A model generated the notes under the pieces. It had not been told where the DNA came from. It saw nothing but the letters and a program-made list of their open reading frames with translations, and searched no databases. The translations under genes were made by a program, and so were the position numbers. 64,000 nt of DNA from Octopus sinensis (Eukaryota), in NCBI RefSeq assembly GCF_006345805.1, contig NC_043003.1, positions 92,938,001 through 93,002,000 on the forward strand, read 5' to 3'. Below, one piece after another: positions 25,265-35,892 of this stretch (position 1 is the stretch's first letter; every line of letters begins with the position of its first letter).

Positions 25265-25500
25265 TTCTTTTATTCTTTTACTTGTTTCAGTCATTTGACT
25301 GCAGCCATGCTGGAGCACCACCGAAGAAATCAACCTCAAGACTTATTCTTTGTAAGCCTGGTACTTATTTTATTGATCTCTTTTGCCGAACTACTAAGTT
25401 TTGGGGACGTGAATACACCAACATCAGTTTTCAAGTGATGGCAGGGGGACAAACACAGACACAAACACACACACACACATACATAAATATTTGCATATAC
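25265..25500 (-). mobile_element. SINE family B, 3' half
   Basis: Consensus tail motif. Confidence 0.8.
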
Positions 25501-25501
25501 A

Positions 25502-26545
25502 CAGGGTGTGTAAGGTATTTGAGGACATACCTTTTTTGGGTCATTGCTGCATTTTTTGCTAACTCTGTATAATCTTTGTTTCAGAAAATAATAATGGCAG
25601 ACCCTCAGATTACTCAAGGAATGAAGAGGATGCTGTTATTGTGGTTATAAAGGCTGAGCATAGTGATTTAGAAATATCTCGAGTTTTAAAAGTTGCCAGA
25701 TCTTTTGTCCACAAAGTTTGTAAGGAGCTAGAGACTGAAGATGGAAACATATCACCAGTATCAAAGCATAAAAAGCATTCTAAACACTCTGAAATCATCA
25801 GAACACCTGAATTTATCCAGCAAGTTCAACAAACCATTGGTTACAATCCCAGAAAGTCCATGAGGTCATTTGCAAAAGATCTCCATGTGAAAAATCCAGC
25901 AGAAGAGGATTTGATTTGGTTTTCCTCAAACGAGAAAAACTTCAACCAAGATCAAAAGGTTAACAGAAGAAATGACAGATAGTTACATGCAGGCCCTTCT
26001 GAAGTTCCAAGTGTTATGCATACAAAATTTCCTGCAACTGTCATGGTTTTAGAGGTTGTCAGCAACGAAGGACATGTGATGCCTCCTTACTTCTTCCCAC
26101 AAGGCCTTAGATTTAACTCTGCCGCCTACATTGAGGTTCTGGAAATAATATTTAAGATCTGGATAGACAGTGTATGCAATGGAAGGCCATATGTGTTTCA
26201 GTAAGACTCTACAGTATTACACAAGGCTCGAGTAACACAGGAATGGATGGCTGAAAATTTTCATGATCACATAACCCCTAACATTTGGCCTCCTAATTCC
26301 TCAGATCTCAAGCCATTGGACTGTTACATGCAGAGCATTGTTGAGAGAGAGGTCAATGAACAAGCCCATAACACCAAAGATTCTATGAAAGCTGCCATAG
26401 CCAAAGTGATGTCCAAACTGAACCAGGACCACTTGATTCAAGCATGTAGATGATTTAGATCTCCTATAGAAGCAGTTGTTGAAGTTGAAGATGGCTTTAT
26501 AGAATAACGTTATAGAAAAAAAGGTTTATTTTTATTACTTTCTTT
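25502..26545 (+). mobile_element. Decayed DD37D (maT/Bmmar1-like) Tc1/mariner transposon
   Basis: Starts TA-CAGGGTG. Transposase fragments FSSNEKNF, QKVNRRNDR, VMVLEVVSNEG, YVFQ*DS...WPPNSSDLKPLD, with 37 residues between the last two D. Right TIR not found. Confidence 0.88.
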
Positions 26546-26659
26546 TAGATTTCTTTATATGGACTAAAAACTCCAAAATCGCAATATTTTCACCAATTTC
26601 CCAGTCATGATTAGCAAAACACAAAACCGGTAGACTATATAAATATTCCATCATATAAA

Positions 26660-27223
26660 ATACTCTTTTACTCTTTTACTTGTTTCAGTCATTTGACTGC
26701 GGCCATGCTAGAGCACCGCCTTTAATCGAGCAACTCGACCCCGAGACTTATTCTTTTGTAAGCCCTGTACTTATTCTATCGGTCTCTTTTGCCGAACCGC
26801 TAAGTAATGGGGACATAAACACACCAGCATCGGTTGTCAAGCAATGCTAGGGGAACAAACACAGACACACAAACACACACACGCATAGCCATATGGTTTT
26901 GGGTTCAGTCCCACTGCGTGGCATTTTGGGTAGGTGTCTTCCACTACAGCCTTGAGCTGACCGGAGCTTTGTGATTGAATTCGGTAGGTGGAAGTTACTG
27001 CCGTGTGTGTATGTGTGCGTATAGCTGCTCAGTGCCTCTCCGAAAGAGAGAGAGGGATATACATATATACGATGGGCATCTTTCAGTTTCCGTCTACCAA
27101 ATCCACTCACAAGGCTTTGGTCGGCCCGAGGCTATAGTAGAAGACACTTGCCCAAGGTGCCACGCAGTGGGACTAAACCCGGAATCATGTGGCTGGTAAA
27201 CAAGCTACTTACCACACAGCCAC
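26660..27223 (-). mobile_element. SINE family B full copy with a second family-B head (26887-27010) nested in opposite orientation
   Basis: 3' part at 26660-26885 and 5' part at 27060-27223 on -. GGGTTCAGTCCCACTGCGTGGCA head on + in the middle. Confidence 0.85.
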
Positions 27224-27254
27224 TTATATTATATATTTTGTCTGTATATGTGAA

Positions 27255-27470
27255 AGTTGTGGTCTGGTGGTTAGAGTGTTGCACTCATGACCACAGGATC
27301 ATGGTTTCAATTCCTTGTCAACCATCCTGTTCAGAGGGAATGTTTGGCCTACTTGCCTAGCTAGAAGGTTGGCATCATTTGTAAGTTACAACAATGTGAA
27401 GAAGCACATTGTGATGAGTAGTGTATAGCAACATCCGACAGTTTGGTCGATACAGTGATAGTGATTTATG
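27255..27470 (+). mobile_element. Degenerate tRNA-headed SINE (family D)
   Basis: GTGGTCTGGTGGTTAGAGTG...GGTTTCAATTCC A/B-box-like. The tail GGTCGATACAGTGAT also appears reversed near 60640-60680. Confidence 0.5.
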
Positions 27471-27499
27471 TATAAAACATATATGTATATATAATATAT

Positions 27500-27575
<76 letters not shown>

Positions 27576-27722
27576 AAGAGCAATAAAGATTCAAGTTAAT
27601 TTAAAAAAATTTACTTGAATATGGTACCTAACTTAGATGCACCAAAAAAAACTATACTGATTTAACAATACAGTAATGTGGGGTGATTATAAGCGAGAAA
27701 GAAGCAACAAGAATGGATAGGT

Positions 27723-27813
27723 TTTTAGTACGATCGTTTCATACAAGGACAGGTTTTATTAAAAGTTGCAAAGATTACAGCATATAAACGAGTCCCGTAC
27801 TCATCAGCTAAAA
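27723..27813 (-). ncRNA. Type I hammerhead ribozyme motif (mirror copy of 28763-28853)
   Basis: Exact reverse complement of the + copy. Confidence 0.8.
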
Positions 27814-28762
27814 TACATGTAAGTTCTCTAGACATCCTAGTGTTTGAGGCTATACTCATGAAGTAATGTAGATAATTAAACAGATTTCTAAAAGTTCTTT
27901 AAAGATGATGTACAGTCTTATCACAGAATTTTAAAAAAGTTTTGATAGCATCACAGAGAAGGTGACCTAATCCATATGAATTTCCATAGATATGATGAGG
28001 GATTATATACTCACAGAAGACAAATTTATCCATTGTTAATTACAACGAGGTGGGTCTCAATTCCTGCTTATTAGCATTACAGAGAGGGTGAATTAATCCT
28101 TAGTATATATGCACAGATTCCAATGGTGTAGATGTAAATTTCCAGAGAAATGGAGATGAATTTCATATTCACAGGCGATAAATTTTACAATGGTTGAACA
28201 CAATGAGGTAGGTATCAATCCTTGTTATATGATTAGGTGTTTGCCATATTAATCACATTACTGCTATTCACAAGAGGCTGTAGCTACAGCCTCTTGTGAA
28301 TAGCAGTAATGTGATTAATATGGCAAACACCTAATCATATAACAAGGATTGATACCTACCTCATTGTGTTCAACCATTGTAAAATTTATCGCCTGTGAAT
28401 ATGAAATTCATCTCCATTTCTCTGGAAATTTACATCTACACCATTGGAATCTGTGCATATATACTAAGGATTAATTCACCCTCTCTGTAATGCTAATAAG
28501 CAGGAATTGAGACCCACCTCGTTGTAATTAACAATGGATAAATTTGTCTTCTGTGAGTATATAATCCCTCATCATATCTATGGAAATTCATATGGATTAG
28601 GTCACCTTCTATGTGATGCTATCAAAACTTTTTTAAAATTCTGTGATAAGACTGTACATCATCTTTAAAGAACTTTAATGAACTTTAGAAATCTGTTTAA
28701 TTATCTACATTACTTCATGAGTATAGCCTCAAACACTAGGATGTCTAGAGAACTTACATGTA

Positions 28763-28853
28763 TTTTAGCTGATGAGTACGGGACTCGTTTATATGCTGTA
28801 ATCTTTGCAACTTTTAATAAAACCTGTCCTTGTATGAAACGATCGTACTAAAA
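28763..28853 (+). ncRNA. Type I hammerhead ribozyme motif
   Basis: UUUUAG-CUGAUGA-GUACGGGAC...GUCCUUGUAU-GAAAC-GAUC-GUA^CUAAAA. 6-bp stem I, about 9-bp stem II with one bulge, palindromic stem III ACGAUCGU. Predicted cut after 28847. Confidence 0.82.
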
Positions 28854-28922
28854 ACCTATCCATTCTTGTTGCTTCTTTCTCGCGTATATATATAATATAT
28901 ATATATATATATATTATATATA

Positions 28923-29089
28923 TAGGCGTAGGAGTAGCTGTGTAGTAAGTAGCTTGCTTACGAACCACATGGTTCCCAGTTCAGTATCACTGTGTGGCAC
29001 CTTGGGCAAGTGTCTTCTACTATAGCCTTGGGCCAAGTAAAGCCTTTTGAGTGGATTTGGTAGATGGAAACTAAAAGAAGCCTATCGTA

Positions 29090-29128
<39 letters not shown>

Positions 29129-29341
29129 GTGTCTGTGTTTGTCCCCACCAGCATTGCTTGACAGCTGATGCTGGTGTGTTTATGTCCCCATAACTTAGCA
29201 GTTTGGTCAAAGAGACTGATAGAATAAGTACTAGGCTTACAAAGGTTAAGTCCTGAGGTCGATTTGCTCGACTAAAGGCAGTGCTCCAGCATGGCCACAG
29301 TCACATGACAAACAAGTAAAAGAGTAAAAGAATAAAGAGTA
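28923..29341 (+). mobile_element. tRNA-derived SINE family B, full copy
   Basis: Head GGCGTAGGAGTAGCTGTG...GGTTCCCAGTTCAG. Central GAGTGGATTTGGTAGATGGAAACT resembles the MetaSINE domain (from memory). Tail AAAAGAGTA repeats. Other pieces at 31795-32020, 35935-36095, 57845-58000 and 62400-62582 (all -). Confidence 0.88.
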
Positions 29342-29369
29342 TATATGTAGCTCATAGTGCAGAATTGAT

Positions 29370-29960
29370 GCTAGTACTGGTGCCACATAAAATGTTTTTG
29401 CTGGTGTGATGCTAAAAGCACTCAGTATATGCTATGGAGTGGTTGGCATTATGAAGGGCCTAGAACAATAAAAAAATGGAGCGTGACATAGCCTTTGGCC
29501 TTACCAGTTCTGGTCTAACCATCCAGCCCATGCCAGCATGAAAAATATGCCAGCTTGATAAATATGCTATGGAGTGGTCGGCATTAGGAAGGGCCTAGAA
29601 CAATAAAAACCATACCATAGAGCAGTGCTTTTCAAACTTTTTGCTGGGGCGGAACCCCAAGGAAACATTCCACTGGCTCAAGGAACCCCTGCGCAATATT
29701 TTAATAGTCTTATGCACACATATCTGCACAGGAGAATTAAAAATTACTGCTGATTTTAGCAGTTTTGTAACTTATTGCAGAACCCCTGCACTGTACTGGC
29801 AGAACCCTAAGGTTCCGCGGAACCCTGGTTGAGAACCACTGCCATAGAGTAATAAAAAAATGGAGCATGGTGTGGCCTTTGGCCTTACCAGCTCTGGTCT
29901 AACCATCCAGCCCATGCCAGCATGAAAAATGAACATTAGATGATGATGATGATGATGATT
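29370..29960 (+). mobile_element. RTE-tail-related short retroposon with internal tandem duplication and (GAT)n tail
   Basis: TATGCTATGGAGTGGT.GGCATTA.GAAGGGCC duplicated at about 29428 and 29563; ends GATGATGATGATG. Related copies at 32930-33110 (+) and 30515-30910 (-). Confidence 0.7.
29623..29841. mobile_element. hAT (Charlie-like) MITE
   Basis: TIRs CAGTGCTTTTCAAAC / GGTTGAGAACCACTG. Exact 8-bp TSD CCATAGAG at 29615-29622 and 29842-29849. Confidence 0.92.
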
Positions 29961-30920
29961 GCATGCATATGCATTTATATATAGCTTAGACTATTTGTGG
30001 ACCTGTCTCCATTTTCTCTTTCTCTCTCCTTCACTTTGAAACAAACATAAGTACCATCTACGTAATATTCATTTGTCTTGAGCTATTTGAATTTGATAGC
30101 ATTCATTGATTATTTGACACCCTGCACTGAGTTGGCATGGTGAATTGAAACAGGCTGTCTGCAGATGTAGGATGATAATGAGATATTAAATATTAAAGCT
30201 ATATAAATAACATAACGTTCTGAGTCACTTGCTAGTCTATAACGATTTGAAAGAGGAAAAAAAAAAATTTTTTTTTTCATGAGATTCTTTCCTTTATATG
30301 AAAATATGAGTTAATCGGTCGCAAAATTGCTTACATTGAGAACTAAGGTGTTTCAGTCACCTCACCATACCAATAGGTTAATATTTGTGAAACAACAGTT
30401 GAAGGTGAAGAACTTAGAATAATATGAGACATCTATGAGTATCTCTTGCATTCTTTGAGCAATAACTCACAGTGAACTGCTGCAAACACAAGAATTGTAA
30501 AATCTAATGTGTATCATCATCATCATTTTATGTCCATTTTCCATGCTGGCATGAATTGAATTGTTACTGTTGGAATACTTCCTACTCAGAGTCACTTAGA
30601 TGGGTCAAGGGTCCACTCTTTGCTCATACAATTCATTTGGCATGGTTTCTAGCACCGAATGCCATTCCTAATACCAATTACTTTACAAAGAGTGCTGGGA
30701 GCATTTCATTGTGTATATATGTGTGTTTGTGTCTTCTTGTCTTGACGTTGTGTGATAGTTGTAAACAAGCATCACCGTCATACAAGCTATGTTATTCGCT
30801 TCCAATCTTCGATGGAAATATGTCTAATCATAGAGAATATTACCTTACTTGTAAACAACTAAGGGATAGTAACAGGAAGAGCATCAGTTGTAGAAATATC
30901 TACTTCAATGGTTTCAATTT

Positions 30921-31515
30921 TTCTTTATTACCCACAAGGGGCTAAACATAGAGGGAACAAACAAGGACAAACAAAGGGATTAAGTTGATTACATCGGCCC
31001 CAGTGTGTAACTAATACTCAATTTATCGACCCCGAAAGGATGAAAGGCAAAGTCAACCTCAGCAGAATTTGAACTCAGAACATAATGGCAGATGAAATAC
31101 CTATTTCTTTACTATCTACAAGGGGCTAAACACAAAGGGGACTAACAAGGACAGACAAACGGATCAAGTCGATTACATCGGCCCCAGTACACAACTGGTA
31201 CTTATTTAATCAACCCCAAAAGGATGAAAGGTAAAATCGACCTCGGCGGAATTTGAACTCAGAATGTAACAGCAGATGAAATATCTATTTCTTTACTATC
31301 CACAAAGGGCTAAACATAGAGGGGACAAACAAGGATAGACAAACGGATCAAGTCGATTACATCGACCCCAGTGCACAACTGGTACTTATTTAATCGACCC
31401 CAAAAGGATGAAAGGCAAAGTCGACCTCGGCGGTATTTGAACTCAGAACGTAGCGGCAGATGAAATACCGCTAAGCATTTCACCCGGTGTGCTAACGTTT
31501 CTACCAGCTTACCAC
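30921..31515 (-). mobile_element. SINE family A with one head and three tandem ~183-bp body+tail units
   Basis: Tail motif TTCTTTA.TA...ACAA.GGGCTAAAC repeats at about 30921, 31104 and 31287. Confidence 0.88.
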
Positions 31516-32291
31516 CTTTCCAATGGTTTCTGTCTGACCCATGCAAGCTTGGAAACATGGAGATTAAAACAATGATATTAGTGACAAAAACAATTAATCA
31601 TCAAAATGCCACCCTGTGCAACTGCTCTGTTCCCAGTAACTACTTTCTATAATCAAAGCATAAGCTGATGTCCACATGACCTCAAACATTCAAATAAGGA
31701 TTTATTTGTATGCACCATCTGCATGTAACATTTAGTTGTTAACGATAATACAGTAATATATCTTAAATGGAGTAGATCTTGTGAAGATAAAGCATACTAT
31801 CTTTTATCTTTTACTTGTTTTAGTGATTGGACTGCAGTCATGCTGGGGCCTTGAAGTGCTTTATCTGACCAGATCAACTCCAGTATTTATTTATCTAAAT
31901 CTGGTTCTTACTCTATCGGCTTCTTATACCAATCCACTAAATTCTTGGAATTTAAACGAATGAAAACTGGTTGTCAAGTGGTGAGAGGGACAAACATAGG
32001 CACAAAGGCACACACACACATATATACATATACATACATATATATTTACATATACACACATATATATATATATAATAAGAGCAAATAATATCTTTAATGG
32101 TTTTTAAAAAAGCCAACAATTATTTACTGGTAGATTTCGGCATGTAAATATAACCATTAACGGTAGGAACTTCTGTAAAGTTCAGTATATATATATTGTG
32201 TATAAATAAAAGAGGCAGGCAACAGGTTGCTTAGCCGCATACCGAAAAAATTAGAAATAGCAGTCAAAGACTGTTTATTTCTATTTTCTAC

Positions 32292-32449
32292 AAATGGGAC
32301 TCCACATACGACATATCCCTGTAATTCACATATGCAAAATAGAAGGAAGAAATAACGAAAACAAAACCGTTAGACTTTGTTTTCCTTATTTATTCCTTCT
32401 ATTTTGCATATGTGAATTACAGGGATATGTCGTATGTGGAGTCCCATTT
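32292..32449. repeat. 57-bp perfect inverted repeat at the end of a Penelope-like remnant (32090-32449)
   Basis: Arms 32292-32348 and 32393-32449. Adjacent CCGCATAC.GAA...TTAGAAATAGCAG motif is shared with the 8664-9427 element. Confidence 0.85.
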
Positions 32450-32711
32450 TTATTTATATACAAAATATATATATATATATATGTAGAAGATATTTGTGTC
32501 ATGCAAACTAACACCTGTGCCTGTAGCATGTAAAAGTACCCTTTACACTTTGACGAACTTCCATCACACTTTTATGAACCATCCGTCTCTGTCTATTGCT
32601 GCCTATTCTTTCTGTCCAGTCTTCTGTACCATTTAGATTTACCTCTCACTCCCAATGTACCTTGTGGCTATGTTCCAACACATCTCCATCATCATCATCT
32701 CTCTCTCTCTC

Positions 32712-32750
<39 letters not shown>

Positions 32751-34136
32751 CTCTAACTTCTTTAACTCTATGTCTCTTTCCTCTCTTGCCTTTTCTAAGC
32801 TGTAATAGCCAAGCAAAACACATATTTCTATCCCTCTGTTGTTCTTTCACTGCTTGATTAACATAAAGCCATCTCCCTTAATACTACTCCCAGTCTTGGG
32901 GTCTTTGTCTTATAAGTTACTCCATGACCCCACTGGTGCTGGTGCTGCATATAAAGCTTGGGTGTCATGTTAAAAGCACCTACTACTCTTTGTGAGATGG
33001 TTGGCATTAGGAAGGGCATCCAGCCATAGACACCAAACCAAAGCAGACAGTGGAGCCTGGTGCAGTTCTATAGCTTACCAGCTATGATGATGATGATGAT
33101 AATGATGACCAGGGGCTAGTTTTGGGTAGGTTGGTATTAGAAGGTGTTTTTATCTTGTAGGAAAAAACTTAAGGCAATAGAAAAACACTTCTGTAATATA
33201 CCAGGTAGCTTTGTTGATATAGATGTTCCACTGAAAGTCAGTTTGACCCGACAGTTTAATCGATCCATTTATACAGATGCACCTATTGCATGTACATGAG
33301 GAGTCTCTATGTGGTTGCTCAAACTGTTAGAAATAGCAGTCAAAACTTCTTCAAATCACAACTATTATCTTGAAAAAAAAAAGAAAAGAAGAAAAAGGAA
33401 GGATATATTAGATGTGATTTTAGATATAAATAATATTTTAAAAAATGAAATAAGATAAAAACACCTAGTGAGGTGGTCATGGCTGGAAGAATTCTTGCTC
33501 AGAGCTGACCCAGGGCTAAACAAGGAAAAGAGTACATTTTGGAGATATGTATATTTATTTATACGTGTATAATAAATAAATGCAGACCAATGAAGCAGCT
33601 TTGAAAGTGCGTAGGTGTAAAATACACCTGTATACCCTCATATAGTAAATATCTGCATAGATACACACCGTGAACACATACAAATATTACACTCTCTTAC
33701 TCTGTTGCACACCTCAAGCAGGCAACTGCTATTACTAAATCTGTACAGATGTATGCTTGTTTGTGTGTGAGTGTGTGTGACTGTGTGTATGCGCACGTGT
33801 GTATGTGTGTACATGTGAGTGTGTCTGTCAATGTGAGTGCATGTGTTTAAGAGATAAAGAGAGAGAGAGAAGAGAGATAAGAGGGAGAGAAAGAGGGAAG
33901 GAGGCTGTATATTGAATCTTTTCTCAGCGAATACATTTGCTCTCGTTTATTGATCTCGATGCTAGAGCTTACCTGATATTTGAATTAGATTCAGACTGAG
34001 CCAACACTGTGCATGTGTGTGTGTATGCATTTGTGCATGATTATGTCTGTTTGTATGTGAATGTGTGTGTGTGTGTGTGTGTGTGAGCAAACAGTCATAT
34101 TTTGCACTGGTGCACAAGATTGATACTCTTTACATC

Positions 34137-34168
34137 TATAAACGCAACCACCACAAACCTAATCAGTC
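34137..34168 (+). promoter_or_regulatory. Candidate TATA + Inr core promoter (possible sHSP TSS near 34165)
   Basis: TATAAA at 34137-34142 and TCAGTC at 34163-34168, spacing about 28 nt, in non-repeat sequence. No convincing first-exon donor was identified. Confidence 0.3.
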
Positions 34169-34832
34169 ATCAAAATCTATCGATGTATCTTCAACAGACA
34201 TTCTCACAAGTGTTTGTTTGTTTTCTTTCTTTTTAACGTTAACCTTCCATCTTCATCATAAAACAATGTTTTAAACTACAGCTTAGGAAAGGGAGACATT
34301 TCAAATTTTAAATAGTTTAACATATTGTTTGGTCCTGGTTATGCTGGAGTATACAGAGGTGAATATAGCTTAATTGTCATTTTGTCCCGAGTCAGCAAAC
34401 TTATAATCAAAAAAATTCCATGTGACCATCCCAACTTTTTTTAAATGCAGGGAACTCAAGACAACATTACCACAGTATCCAGTGTGTCATGATTTTTAAG
34501 ACAGTAGAGTAATATCTGGGGGAGATTTGACTGCTATTTCTAGCGTGTCGGGCACCCATGTTGAGGTTCACTTGTTAGTTTTGTTAAGTGTTAAGTGATA
34601 TGGTATCAAACTACCAACTCACTGCTCTTTAGTTTCGAAACCCTGAGTACTTTTCACATGTTTGGGAAATACAACTGTTTTTATATTCTTTAGTTTTCAT
34701 TCTGCTATTGGCATTATGGTAACAGATTCTTCCCAGAACATAATGACACACTAATATCAGATGAAGAAGAGGACATATATGTCTTTTAATCTTTACAACT
34801 TGAATTTGTTGCTATGATTTCTTTTTTTTCAG

Positions 34833-34883
34833 AAACTAGGTGGGAGTGTGCTGGAGCAATGCCACAACTTTTTACTGCATCAT
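34833..34883 (+). other. Candidate 51-nt internal exon, possibly 5' UTR of the sHSP gene
   Basis: Strong acceptor TTTCTTTTTTTTCAG| and donor CAT|GTAAGT. Confidence 0.45.
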
Positions 34884-35504
34884 GTAAGTACCAGTGCAGG
34901 AGCTTCAATGTGGTCAATTGCTCAGCTAGAAATAGTAGTCAAATATCCCTTTGATGTAAGGTTTTAATCAAAATTTTTTTAAAGCAGGAAATTTATAACG
35001 TAAGACCAAGCGAAAATGTTAGGTGGATTGCTATAAAAAGGTTTAACACAGACTGATTTTCTAGTCTTTTGAAATTTTTTATCATTGATTAGTCAGAGAT
35101 GTGTCAGCATCAATGACTTCTGTAGTTTTTCCCAGATGAGTTATGCTCAAGTTCTAAGTTAGTACTAATACATTTAATGTAATCATTGTCAACACCACTG
35201 CTACCACTGTCACCGTTGTATTTGTTGTTGTTGTTGTTGTCACTGTTTTAATGTCCACTTTTCCATGCAAGGACTGGATGGAATTTATTAAGGAAAACTT
35301 TATGTGACTAGTTACCCTCCCTCTCAACAGCTCTTGCCTGTTTCCAAGCAAGGTAATATTTCTTCATAGCTGGACATATTTTTATGGAAGATTGGAAACG
35401 GATGACACCACTTGTACGATGGTCACACTCGTTTACAACTCTTGTGTAATGTCATGACAACAAGACACTCATACACATACACATACAACACACATATACA
35501 ACAC

Positions 35505-35534
<30 letters not shown>

Positions 35535-35538
<4 letters not shown>

Positions 35539-35892
35539 AATCGAATTGAACCAGCCAGGATCCCTGGTCTGGTGGTACGTAAAAAGCACTATCCGACTCG
35601 TGGCCGATGCCAGCGCCACCTCGACTGGCTTCCGTGCCGGTGGCACATAAAATACACCGATCCGACCGTGGCCGTTGCCAGCCTCGCCTGGCACCTGAGC
35701 AGGTGGCACGTAAAAAGCACCCACTACACTCACAGAGTGGTTGGCGTTAAGAAGAGCATCCAGCTGTAGAAACATTGCCAGATAAGACTGGAGCCTGGTG
35801 CAGCCTTCTGGCTTCCCAGATCCCCGGTCGAACCGTCCAACCCATGCTAGCATGGAGAACGGATGTTAAACGATGATGATGATGATGATGAT
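35535..35892 (+). mobile_element. RTE-LINE/SINE 3' end with (GAT)n tail
   Basis: GGTGGCACGTAAAAAGCAC repeats, as in the 20740-20900 RTE 3' UTR; ends GTTAAACGATGATGATG. Confidence 0.85.

Larger units (their letters stand above)
27693..28883. repeat. Spacerless ~600-bp palindrome (head-to-head inverted Penelope/retrozyme-like element)
   Basis: Centre AG|CT at 28283/28284. Arms are 591 and 600 bp. Only differences found: one substitution (27956/28611) and a net 9-nt indel near 28672-28685. Confidence 0.95.

Noticed and set aside
30921-31515. CRISPR-like regular repeat appearance
   Set aside because: Units are ~183-bp SINE bodies without unique spacers, in a eukaryotic context.
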